Source of the DNA: Auanema rhodensis
Taxonomy: Eukaryota; Animalia; Nematoda
Reading direction: 5' to 3'
Assembly (NCBI GenBank): GCA_964057225.1
Contig: OZ059896.1
Span: 20,584,001 to 20,648,000, forward strand
DNA: 64,000 nt
Below, piece by piece: positions 9,301-23,000 of this stretch. Positions within the stretch are counted from its first letter, which is position 1; each line of letters opens with the position of its first letter. The notes below the pieces were generated by a model that searched no databases, was not told where the DNA came from, and saw only the letters and a list, made by a program, of their open reading frames with translations. Both the position numbers and the translations under genes were made by a program.

Positions 9301-12300
9301 CAGATCGACGCAGCTTAAAAATCCGCATCGAATGCACTGTACTACATTGAGAAACGTTTGATACAAAAATTAGTTATGATCGTTTGAAAAATGATGCATT
9401 AGTGTATGTTGAGTTTCCATGTACACTCAACATTGCTTCCAAAAACATTTTGACAAAAATTTTTTCGAAAAATTTCAAAATAATTTAGCAAAAAGTAGAA
9501 GTTTTTAGATTCCTTTTTTCAAGGCAAAGACGATGGACAATGTTATTCAACGAAAAAATTAATTCTTCAGGGTGAAAATCGAGGATATGAGTGTGAACTT
9601 ACATCAGTTGATATCTCGGTGCATTTTTAAGCTAGCGCAAATCTGATAACACAGATCGACGCAGCTTAAAAATCCGCATCGAATGCACTATACTACATTG
9701 AGAAACGTTTGATACAAAAATTAGTTATGATCGTTTGAAAAATGATGCATTAGTGTATGTTGAGTTTCCATGTACACTCAACATTGCTTCCAAAAACATT
9801 TTGACAAAAATTTTTTCGAAAAATTTCAAAATAATTTAGCAAAAAGTAGATGTTTTTAGATTCCATTTTTCAAGGCAAAGACGATAGACAATGTTATTCA
9901 ACGAAAAAATTAATTCTTCAGGGTGCAAATCGAGGATATAAGTGTGAACTTACATCAGTTGATATCTCGGTGCATTTTTAAGCTAGCGCAAATCTGATAA
10001 CACAGATCGACGCAGCTTAAAAATCCGCATCGAATGCACTATACTACATTGAGAAACGCTTAATACAAAAATTAGTTATGATCGTTTGAAAAATGATGCA
10101 TTAGTGTATGTTGAGTTTCCATGTACACTCAACATTGCTTCCAAAAACATTTTGACAAAAATTTTTTCGAAAAATTTCAAAATAATTTAGCAAAAAGTAG
10201 ATGTTTTTAGATTCCTTTTTTTAAGGCAAAGACGATGGACAATGTTATTCAACGAAAAAATTAATTCTTCAGGGTGAAAATCGAGGATATAAGTGTGAAC
10301 TTATATCAGTTGATATCTCGGTGCATTTTTAAGCTAGCGCAAATCTGATAACACAGATCGACGCAGCTTAAAAATCTGCATCGAATGCACTATACTACAT
10401 CAAGAAACGCTTGATACAAAAATTAGTTATGATCGTTTGAAAAATGATGCATTAGTGTATGTTGAGTTTCCATGTACACTCAACATTGCTTCCAAAAACA
10501 TTTTGACAAAATTTTTTTCGAAAAATTTCAAAATAATTTAGCAAACAGTAGATGTTTTTAGATTCCATTTTTCAAGGCAAAGACGATAGACAATGTTATT
10601 CTACGAAAAAATTAATTCTTCAGGGTGAAAATCGAGGATATAAGTGTGAACATATATCAGTTGATATCTCGGTGCATTTTAAAGCTAGCGCAAATCTGAT
10701 AACACAGATCGACGCAGCTTAAAAATCCACATCGAATGCACTATACTACATTGAGAAACGCTTGATACAAAAATTAGTTATGATCGTTTGAAAAATGATG
10801 CATTAGTGTATGTTGAGTTTCCATGTACACTCAACATTGCTTCCAAAAACATTTTGACAAAAATTTTTTCGAAAAATTTCAAAATAATTTAGCAAAAAGT
10901 AGATGTTTTTAGATTCCTTTTTTCAAGGCAAAGACGATGGACAATGTTATTCAACGAAAAAATTAATTCTTCAGGGTGAAAATCGAGGATATAAGTGTGA
11001 ACTTATATCAGTTGATATCTCGGTGCATTTTTAAGCTAGCGCAAATCTGATAACACAGATCGGCGCAGCTTAAAATCCGCATCGAATGCACTATACTACA
11101 TTGAGAAACGCTTGATACAAAAATTAGTTATGATCGTTTGAAAAATGATGCATTAGTGTATGTTGAGTTTCCATGTACACTCAACATTGCTTCCAAAAAC
11201 ATTTTGACAAAAATTTTTTCGAAAAATTTCAAAATAATTTAGCAAAAAGTAGATGTTTTTAGATTCCTTTTTTCAAGGCAAAGACGATGGACAATGTTAT
11301 TCAACGAAAAAATTAATTCTTCAGGGTGAAAATCGAGGATATAAGTGTGAACTTATATCAGTTGATATCTCGGTGCATTTTTAAGCTAGCGCAAATCTGA
11401 TAACACAGATCGGCGCAGCTTAAAATCCGCATCGAATGCACTATACTACATTGAGAAACGCTTAATACAAAAATTAGTTATGATCGTTTGAAAAATGATG
11501 CATTAGTGTATGTTGAGTTTCCATGTACACTCAACATTGCTTCCAAAAACATTTTGACAAAAATTTTTTCGAAAAATTTCAAAATAATTTAGCAAAAAGT
11601 AGATGTTTTTAGATTCCTTTTTTTAAGGCAAAGACGATGGACAATGTTATTCAACGAAAAAATTAATTCTTCAGGGTGAAAATCGAGGATATAAGTGTGA
11701 ACTTATATCAGTTGATATCTCGGTGCATTTTTAAGCTAGCGCAAATCTGATAACACAGATCGACGCAGCTTAAAAATCTGCATCGAATGCACTATACTAC
11801 ATCAAGAAACGCTTGATACAAAAATTAGTTATGATCGTTTGAAAAATGATGCATTAGTGTATGTTGAGTTTCCATGTACACTCAACATTGCTTCCAAAAA
11901 CATTTTGACAAAATTTTTTTCGAAAAATTTCAAAATAATTTAGCAAACAGTAGATGTTTTTAGATTCCATTTTTCAAGGCAAAGACGATAGACAATGTTA
12001 TTCTACGAAAAAATTAATTCTTCAGGGTGAAAATCGAGGATATAAGTGTGAACTTATATCAGTTGATATCTCGGTGCATTTTTAAGCTAGCGCAAATCTG
12101 ATAACACAGATCGACGCAGCTTAAAAATCCACATCGAATGCACTATACTACATTGAGAAACGCTTGATACAAAAATTAGTTATGATCGTTTGAAAAATGA
12201 TGCATTAGTGTATGTTGAGTTTCCATGTACACTCAACATTGCTTCCAAAAACATTTTGACAAAAATTTTTTCGAAAAATTTCAAAATAATTTAGCAAAAA

Positions 12301-14032
12301 GTAGATGTTTTTAGATTCCTTTTTTCAAGGCAAAGACGATGGACAATGTTATTCAACGAAAAAATTAATTCTTCAGGGTGAAAATCGAGGATATAAGTGT
12401 GAACTTATATCAGTTGATATCTCGGTGCATTTTTAAGCTAGCGCAAATCTGATAACACAGATCGGCGCAGCTTAAAATCCGCATCGAATGCACTATACTA
12501 CATTGAGAAACGCTTGATACAAAAATTAGTTATGATCGTTTGAAAAATGATGCATTAGTGTATGTTGAGTTTCCATGTACACTCAACATTGCTTCCAAAA
12601 ACATTTTGACAAAAATTTTTTCGAAAAATTTCAAAATAATTTAGCAAAAAGTAGATGTTTTTAGATTCCTTTTTTCAAGGCAAAGACGATGGACAATGTT
12701 ATTCAACGAAAAAATTAATTCTTCAGGGTGAAAATCGAGGATATAAGTGTGAACTTATATCAGTTGATATCTCGGTGCATTTTTAAGCTAGCGCAAATCT
12801 GATAACACAGATCGGCGCAGCTTAAAATCCGCATCGAATGCACTATACTACATTGAGAAACGCTTGATACAAAAATTAGTTATGATCGTTTGAAAAATGA
12901 TGCATTAGTGTATGTTGAGTTTCCATGTACACTCAACATTGCTTCCAAAAACATTTTGACAAAAATTTTTTCGAAAAATTTCAAAATAATTTAGCAAAAA
13001 GTAGATGTTTTTAGATTCCATTTTTCAAGGCAAAGACGATAGACAATGTTATTCAACGAAAAAATTAATTCTTCAGGGTGAAAATCGAGGATATAAGTGT
13101 GAACTTACATCAGTTGATATCTCGGTGCATTTTTAAGCTAGCGCAAATCTGATAACACAGATCGACGCAGCTTAAAAATCCGCATCGAATGCACTATACT
13201 ACATTGAGAAACGCTTAATACAAAAATTAGTTATGATCGTTTGAAAAATGATGCATTAGTGTATGTTGAGTTTCCATGTACACTCAACATTGCTTCCAAA
13301 AACATTTTGACAAAAATTTTTTCGAAAAATTTCAAAATAATTTAGCAAAAAGTAGATGTTTTTAGATTCCATTTTTCAAGGCAAAGACGATAGACAATGT
13401 TATTCAACGAAAAAATTAATTCTTCAGGGTGAAAATCGAGGATATAAGTGTGAACTTACATCAGTTGATATCTCGGTGCATTTTTAAGCTTGCGCAAATC
13501 TGATAACACAGATCGACGCAGCTTAAAAATCCGCATCGAATGCACTATACTACATTGAGAAACGCTTAATACAAAAATTAGTTATGATCGTTTGAAAAAT
13601 GATGCATTAGTGTATGTTGAGTTTCCATGTACACTCAACATTGCTTCCAAAAACATTTTGACAAAAATTTTTTCGAAAAATTTCAAAATAATTTAGCAAA
13701 AAGTAGATGTTTTTAGATTCCTTTTTTTAAGGCAAAGACGATGGACAATGTTATTCAACGAAAAAATTAATTCTTCAGGGTGAAAATCGAGGATATAAGT
13801 GTGAACTTACATCAGTTGATATCTCGGTGCATTTTTAAGCTAGCGCAAATCTGATAACACAGATCGACGCAGCTTAAAAATCCGCATCGAATGCACTATA
13901 CTACATTGAGAAACGCTTAATACAAAAATTAGTTATGATCGTTTGAAAAATGATGCATTAGTGTATGTTGAGTTTCCATGTACACTCAACATTGCTTCCA
14001 AAAACATTTTGACAAAAATTTTTTCGAAAAAT

Positions 14033-17000
14033 TTCAAAATAATTTAGCAAAAAGTAGATGTTTTTAGATTCCATTTTTCAAGGCAAAGACGATAGACAAT
14101 GTTATTCAACGAAAAAATTAATTCTTCAGGGTGAAAATCGAGGATATAAGTGTGAACTTATATCAGTTGATATCTCGGTGCATTTTTAAGCTAGCGCAAA
14201 TCTGATAACACAGATCGACGCAGCTTAAAAATCCACATCGAATGCACTATACTACATTGAGAAACGCTTGATACAAAAATTAGTTATGATCGTTTGAAAA
14301 ATGATGCATTAGTGTATGTTGAGTTTCCATGTACACTCAACATTGCTTCCAAAAACATTTTGACAAAATTTTTTCGAAAAATTTCAAAATAATTTAGCAA
14401 AAAGTAGATGTTTTTAGATTCCTTTTTTCAAGGCAAAGACGATGGACAATGTTATTCAACGAAAAAATCAATTCTTCAGGGTGAAAATCGAGGATATAAG
14501 TGTGAACTTATATCAGTTGATATCTCGGTGCATTTTTAAGCTAGCGCAAATCTGATAACACAGATCGGCGCAGCTTAAAATCCGCATCGAATGCACTATA
14601 CTACATTGAGAAACGCTTGATACAAAAATTAGTTATGATCGTTTGAAAAATGATGCATTAGTGTATGTTGAGTTTCCATGTACACTCAACATTGCTTCCA
14701 AAAACATTTTGACAAAAATTTTTTCGAAAAATTTCAAAATAATTTAGCAAAAAGTAGATGTTTTAAGATTCCATTTTTCAAGGCAAAGACGATAGACAAT
14801 GTTATTCAACGAAAAAATTAATTCTTCAGGGTGAAAATCGAGGATATAAGTGTGAACTTATATCAGTTGATATCTCGGTGCATTTTTAAGCTAGCGCAAA
14901 TCTGATAACACAGATCGGCGCAGCTTAAAATCCGCATCGAATGCACTATACTACATTGAGAAACGCTTGATACAAAAATTAGTTATGATCGTTTGAAAAA
15001 TGATGCATTAGTGTATGTTGAGTTTCCATGTACACTCAACATTGCTTCCAAAAACATTTTGACAAAAATTTTTTCGAAAAATTTCAAAATAATTTAGCAA
15101 AAAGTAGATGTTTTTAGATTCCATTTTTCAAGGCAAAGACGATAGACAATGTTATTCAACGAAAAAATTAATTCTTCAGGGTGAAAATCGAGGATATAAG
15201 TGTGAACTTATATCAGTTGATATCTCGGTGCATTTTTAAGCTAGCGCAAATCTGATAACACAGATCGACGCAGCTTAAAAATCTGCATCGAATGCACTAT
15301 ACTACATCAAGAAACGCTTGATACAAAAATTAGTTATGATCGTTTGAAAAATGATGCATTAGTGTATGTTGAGTTTCCATGTACACTCAACATTGCTTCC
15401 AAAAACATTTTGACAAAAATTTTTTCGAAAAATTTCAAAATAATTTAGCAAAAAGTAGATGTTTTTAGATTCCATTTTTCAAGGCAAAGACGATAGACAA
15501 TGTTATTCAACGAAAAAATTAATTCTTCAGGGTGAAAATCGAGGATATATGTGTGAACTTATATCAGTTGATATCTCGGTGCATTTTTAAGCTAGCGCAA
15601 ATCTGATAACACAGATCGACGCAGCTTAAAAATCCACATCGAATGCACTATACTACATTGAGAAACGCTTGATACAAAAATTAGTTATGATCGTTTGAAA
15701 AATGATGCATTAGTGTATGTTGAGTTTCCATGTACACTCAACATTGCTTCCAAAAACATTTTGACAAAAATTTTTTCGAAAAATTTCAAAATAATTTAGC
15801 AAAAAGTAGATGTTTTTAGATTCCTTTTTTCAAGGCAAAGACGATGGACAATGTTATTCAACGAAAAAATTAATTCTTCAGGGTGAAAATCGAGGATATA
15901 AGTGTGAACTTATATCAGTTGATATCTCGGTGCATTTTTAAGCTAGCGCAAATCTGATAACACAGATCGGCGCAGCTTAAAATCCGCATCGAATGCACTA
16001 TACTACATTGAGAAACGCTTGATACAAAAATTAGTTATGATCGTTTGAAAAATGATGCATTAGTGTATGTTGAGTTTCCATGTACACTCAACATTGCTTC
16101 CAAAAACATTTTGATAAAAATTTTTTCGAAAAATTTCAAAATAATTTAGCAAAAAGTAGATGTTTTTAGATTCCATTTTTCAAGGCAAAGACGATAGACA
16201 ATGTTATTCAACGAAAAAATTAATTCTTCAGGGTGAAAATCGAGGATATAAGTGTGAACTTATATCAGTTGATATCTCGGTGCATTTTTAAGCTAGCGCA
16301 AATCTGATAACACAGATCGACGCAGCTTAAAAATCCACATCGAATGCACTATACTACATCAAGAAACGCTTGATACAAAAATTAGTTATGATCGTTTGAA
16401 AAATGATGCATTAGTGTATGTTGAGTTTCCATGTACACTCAACATTGCTTCCAAAAACATTTTGACAAAAATTTTTTCGAAAAATTTCAGAATAATTTAG
16501 CAAAAAGTAGATGTTTTTAGATTCCTTTTTTCAAGGCAAAGACGATGGACAATGTTATTCAACGAAAAAATTAATTCTTCAGGGTGAAAATCGAGGATAT
16601 AAGTGTGAACTTATGTCAGTTGATATCTCGGTGCATTTTTAAGCTAGCGCAAATCTGATAACACAGATCGGCGCAGCTTAAAATCCGCATCGAATGCACT
16701 ATACTACATTGAGAAACGCTTGATACAAAAATTAGTTATGATCGTTTGAAAAATGATGCATTAGTGTATGTTGAGTTTCCATGTACACTCAACATTGCTT
16801 CCAAAAACATTTTGACAAAAATTTTTTCGAAAAATTTCAAAATAATTTAGCAAGAAGTAGATGTTTTTAGATTCCATTTTTCAAGGCAAAGACGATAGAC
16901 AATGTTATTCAACGAAAAAATTAATTCTTCAGGGTGAAAATCGAGGATATAAGTGTGAACTTATATCAGTTGATATCTCGGTGCATTTTTAAGCTAGCGC

Positions 17001-20000
17001 AAATCTGATAACACAGATCGACGCAGCTTAAAAATCCACATCGAATGCACTATACTACATTGAGAAACGCTTGATACAAAAATTAGTTATGATCGTTTGA
17101 AAAATGATGCATTAGTGTATGTTGAGTTTCCATGTACACTCAACATTGCTTCCAAAAACATTTTGACAAAAATTTTTTCGAAAAATTTCAAAATAATTTA
17201 GCAAAAAGTAGATGTTTTTAGATTCCTTTTTTCAAGGCAAAGACGATGGACAATGTTATTCAACGAAAAAATTAATTCTTCAGGGTGAAAATCGAGGATA
17301 TAAGTGTGAACTTATATCAGTTGATATCTCGGTGCATTTTTAAGCTAGCGCAAATCTGATAACACAGATCGGCGCAGCTTAAAATCCGCATCGAATGCAC
17401 TATACTACATTGAGAAACGCTTGATACAAAAATTAGTTATGATCGTTTGAAAAATGATGCATTAGTGTATGTTGAGTTTCCATGTACACTCAACATTGCT
17501 TCCAAAAACATTTTGACAAAAATTTTTTCGAAAAATTTCAAAATAATTTAGCAAAAAGTAGATGTTTTTAGATTCCATTTTTCAAGGCAAAGACGATAGA
17601 CAATGTTATTCAACGAAAAAATTAATTCTTCAGGGTGAAAATCGAGGATATAAGTGTGAACTTATATCAGTTGATATCTCGGTGCATTTTTAAGCTAGCG
17701 CAAATCTGATAACACAGATCGGCGCAGCTTAAAATCCGCATCGAATGCACTATACTACATTGAGAAACGCTTGATACAAAAATTAGTTATGATCGTTTGA
17801 AAAATGATGCATTAGTGTATGTTGAGTTTCCATGTACACTCAACATTGCTTCCAAAAACATTTTGACAAAAATTTTTTCGAAAAATTTCAAAATAATTTA
17901 GCAAAAAGTAGATGTTTTTAGATTCCATTTTTCAAGGCAAAGACGATAGACAATGTTATTCAACGAAAAAATTAATTCTTCAGGGTGAAAATCGAGGATA
18001 TAAGTGTGAACTTATATCAGTTGATATCTCGGTGCATTTTTAAGCTAGCGCAAATCTGATAACACAGATCGACGCAGCTTAAAAATCTGCATCGAATGCA
18101 CTATACTACATCAAGAAACGCTTGATACAAAAATTAGTTATGATCGTTTGAAAAATGATGCATTAGTGTATGTTGAGTTTCCATGTACACTCAACATTGC
18201 TTCCAAAAACATTTTGACAAAAATTTTTTCGAAAAATTTCAAAATAATTTAGCAAAAAGTAGATGTTTTTAGATTCCATTTTTCAAGGCAAAGACGATAG
18301 ACAATGTTATTCAACGAAAAAATTAATTCTTCAGGGTGAAAATCGAGGATATATGTGTGAACTTATATCAGTTGATATCTCGGTGCATTTTTAAGCTAGC
18401 GCAAATCTGATAACACAGATCGACGCAGCTTAAAAATCTGCATCGAATGCACTATACTACATCAAGAAACGCTTGATACAAAAATTAGTTATGATCGTTT
18501 GAAAAATGATGCATTAGTGTATGTTGAGTTTCCATGTACACTCAACATTGCTTCCAAAAACATTTTGACAAAAATTTTTTCGAAAAATTTCAAAATAATT
18601 TAGCAAAAAGTAGATGTTTTTAGATTCCATTTTTCAAGGCAAAGACGATAGACAATGTTATTCAACGAAAAAATTAATTCTTCAGGGTGAAAATCGAGGA
18701 TATAAGTGTGAACTTATATCAGTTGATATCTCGGTGCATTTTTAAGCTAGCGCAAATCTGATAACACAGATCGGCGCAGCTTAAAATCCGCATCGAATGC
18801 ACTATACTACATTGAGAAACGCTTGATACAAAAATTAGTTATGATCGTTTGAAAAATGATGCATTAGTGTATGTTGAGTTTCCATGTACACTCAACATTG
18901 CTTCCAAAAACATTTTGACAAAAATTTTTTCGAAAAATTTCAAAATAATTTAGCAAAAAGTAGATGTTTTTAGATTCCATTTTTCAAGGCAAAGACGATA
19001 GACAATGTTATTCAACGAAAAAATTAATTCTTCAGGGTGAAAATCGAGGATATAAGTGTGAACTTATATCAGTTGATATCTCGGTGCATTTTTAAGCTAG
19101 CGCAAATCTGATAACACAGATCGACGCAGCTTAAAAATCTGCATCGAATGCACTATACTACATCAAGAAACGCTTGATACAAAAATTAGTTATGATCGTT
19201 TGAAAAATGATGCATTAGTGTATGTTGAGTTTCCATGTACACTCAACATTGCTTCCAAAAACATTTTGACAAAAATTTTTTCGAAAAATTTCAAAATAAT
19301 TTAGCAAAAAGTAGATGTTTTTAGATTCCATTTTTCAAGGCAAAGACGATAGACAATGTTATTCAACGAAAAAATTAATTCTTCAGGGTGAAAATCGAGG
19401 ATATATGTGTGAACTTATATCAGTTGATATCTCGGTGCATTTTTAAGCTAGCGCAAATCTGATAACACAGATCGACGCAGCTTAAAAATCCACATCGAAT
19501 GCACTATACTACATTGAGAAACGCTTGATACAAAAATTAGTTATGATCGTTTGAAAAATGATGCATTAGTGTATGTTGAGTTTCCATGTACACTCAACAT
19601 TGCTTCCAAAAACATTTTGACAAAAATTTTTTCGAAAAATTTCAAAATAATTTAGCAAAAAGTAGATGTTTTTAGATTCCTTTTTTCAAGGCAAAGACGA
19701 TGGACAATGTTATTCAACGAAAAAATTAATTCTTCAGGGTGAAAATCGAGGATATAAGTGTGAACTTATATCAGTTGATATCTCGGTGCATTTTTAAGCT
19801 AGCGCAAATCTGATAACACAGATCGGCGCAGCTTAAAATCCGCATCGAATGCACTATACTACATTGAGAAACGCTTGATACAAAAATTAGTTATGATCGT
19901 TTGAAAAATGATGCATTAGTGTATGTTGAGTTTCCATGTACACTCAACATTGCTTCCAAAAACATTTTGATAAAAATTTTTTCGAAAAATTTCAAAATAA

Positions 20001-23000
20001 TTTAGCAAAAAGTAGATGTTTTTAGATTCCATTTTTCAAGGCAAAGACGATAGACAATGTTATTCAACGAAAAAATTAATTCTTCAGGGTGAAAATCGAG
20101 GATATAAGTGTGAACTTATATCAGTTGATATCTCGGTGCATTTTTAAGCTAGCGCAAATCTGATAACACAGATCGACGCAGCTTAAAAATCCACATCGAA
20201 TGCACTATACTACATCAAGAAACGCTTGATACAAAAATTAGTTATGATCGTTTGAAAAATGATGCATTAGTGTATGTTGAGTTTCCATGTACACTCAACA
20301 TTGCTTCCAAAAACATTTTGACAAAAATTTTTTCGAAAAATTTCAGAATAATTTAGCAAAAAGTAGATGTTTTTAGATTCCTTTTTTCAAGGCAAAGACG
20401 ATGGACAATGTTATTCAACGAAAAAATTAATTCTTCAGGGTGAAAATCGAGGATATAAGTGTGAACTTATGTCAGTTGATATCTCGGTGCATTTTTAAGC
20501 TAGCGCAAATCTGATAACACAGATCGACGCAGCTTAAAAATCTGCATCGAATGCACTATACTACATCAAGAAACGCTTGATACAAAAATTAGTTATGATC
20601 GTTTGAAAAATGATGCATTAGTGTATGTTGAGTTTCCATGTACACTCAACATTGCTTCCAAAAACATTTTGACAAAAATTTTTTCGAAAAATTTCAAAAT
20701 AATTTAGCAAAAAGTAGATGTTTTTAGATTCCATTTTTCAAGGCAAAGACGATAGACAATGTTATTCAACGAAAAAATTAATTCTTCAGGGTGAAAATCG
20801 AGGATATATGTGTGAACTTATATCAGTTGATATCTCGGTGCATTTTTAAGCTAGCGCAAATCTGATAACACAGATCGACGCAGCTTAAAAATCCACATCG
20901 AATGCACTATACTACATTGAGAAACGCTTGATACAAAAATTAGTTATGATCGTTTGAAAAATGATGCATTAGTGTATGTTGAGTTTCCATGTACACTCAA
21001 CATTGCTTCCAAAAACATTTTGACAAAAATTTTTTCGAAAAATTTCAAAATAATTTAGCAAAAAGTAGATGTTTTTAGATTCCTTTTTTCAAGGCAAAGA
21101 CGATGGACAATGTTATTCAACGAAAAAATTAATTCTTCAGGGTGAAAATCGAGGATATAAGTGTGAACTTATATCAGTTGATATCTCGGTGCATTTTTAA
21201 GCTAGCGCAAATCTGATAACACAGATCGGCGCAGCTTAAAATCCGCATCGAATGCACTATACTACATTGAGAAACGCTTGATACAAAAATTAGTTATGAT
21301 CGTTTGAAAAATGATGCATTAGTGTATGTTGAGTTTCCATGTACACTCAACATTCCTTCCAAAAACATTTTGACAAAAATTTTTTCGAAAAATTTCAAAA
21401 TAATTTAGCAAAAAGTAGATGTTTTTAGATTCCATTTTTCAAGGCAAAGACGATAGACAATGTTATTCAACGAAAAAATTAATTCTTCAGGGTGAAAATC
21501 GAGGATATAAGTGTGAACTTATATCAGTTGATATCTCGGTGCATTTTTAAGCTAGCGCAAATCTGATAACACAGATCGACGCAGCTTAAAAATCTGCATC
21601 GAATGCACTATACTACATCAAGAAACGCTCGATACAAAAATTAGTTATGATCGTTTGAAAAATGATGCATTAGTGTATGTTGAGTTTCCATGTACACTCA
21701 ACATTGCTTCCAAAAACATTTTGACAAAAATTTTTTCGAAAAATTTCAAAATAATTTAGCAAAAAGTAGATGTTTTTAGATTCCTTTTTTCAAGGCAAAG
21801 ACGATGGACAATGTTATTCAACGAAAAAATTAATTCTTCAGGGTGAAAATAGAGGATATAAGTGTGAACTTATGTCAGTTGATATCTCGGTGCATTTTTA
21901 AGCTAGCGCAAATCTGATAACACAGATCGACGCAGCTTACAAATCTGCATCGAATGCATTATACTACATCAAGAAACGCTTGATACAAAAATTAGTTATG
22001 ATCGTTTGAAAAATGATGCATTAGTGTATGTTGAGTTTCCATGTACACTCAACATTGCTTCCAAAAACATTTTGACAAAAATTTTTTCGAAAAATTTCAA
22101 AATAATTTAGCAAAAAGTAGATGTTTTTAGATTCCATTTTTCAAGGCAAAGACGATAGACAATGTTATTCAACGAAAAAATTAATTCTTCAGGGTGAAAA
22201 TCGAGGATATATGTGTGAACTTATATCAGTTGATATCTCGGTGCATTTTTAAGCTAGCGCAAATCTGATAACACAGATCGACGCAGCTTAAAAATCTGCA
22301 TCGAATGCACTATACTACATCAAGAAACGCTCGATACAAAAATTAGTTATGATCGTTTGAAAAATGATGCATTAGTGTATGTTGAGTTTCCATGTACACT
22401 CAACATTGCTTCCAAAAACATTTTGACAAAAATTTTTTCGAAAAATTTCAAAATAATTTAGCAAAAAGTAGATGTTTTTAGATTCCTTTTTTCAAGGCAA
22501 AGACGATGGACAATGTTATTCAACGAAAAAATTAATTCTTCAGGGTGAAAATAGAGGATATAAGTGTGAACTTATGTCAGTTGATATCTCGGTGCATTTT
22601 TAAGCTAGCGCAAATCTGATAACACAGATCGACGCAGCTTACAAATCCACATCGAATGCACTATACTACATTGAGAAACGCTTGATACAAAAATTAGTTA
22701 TGATCGTTTGAAAAATGATGCATTAGTGTATGTTGAGTTTCCATGTACACTCAACATTGCTTCCAAAAACATTTTGACAAAAATTTTTTCGAAAAATTTC
22801 AAAATAATTTAGCAAAAAGTAGATGTTTTTAGATTCCTTTTTTCAAGGCAAAGACGATGGACAATGTTATTCAACGAAAAAATTAATTCTTCAGGGTGAA
22901 AATCGAGGATATAAGTGTGAACTTATATCAGTTGATATCTCGGTGCATTTTTAAGCTAGCGCAAATCTGATAACACAGATCGGCGCAGCTTAAAATCCGC

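Larger units (their letters stand above)
1..14032. repeat. HOR domain 1 (monomers 1-40): 13-mer / 15-mer / 4-mer higher-order units
   Basis: The marker monomer (GCAAACAG + TTCTACG) starts at 703, 5264, 10527 and 11929. Spacings are 4561 (13 units), 5263 (15 units) and 1402 (4 units). Each marker is followed by two 350-bp monomers. Confidence 0.85.
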
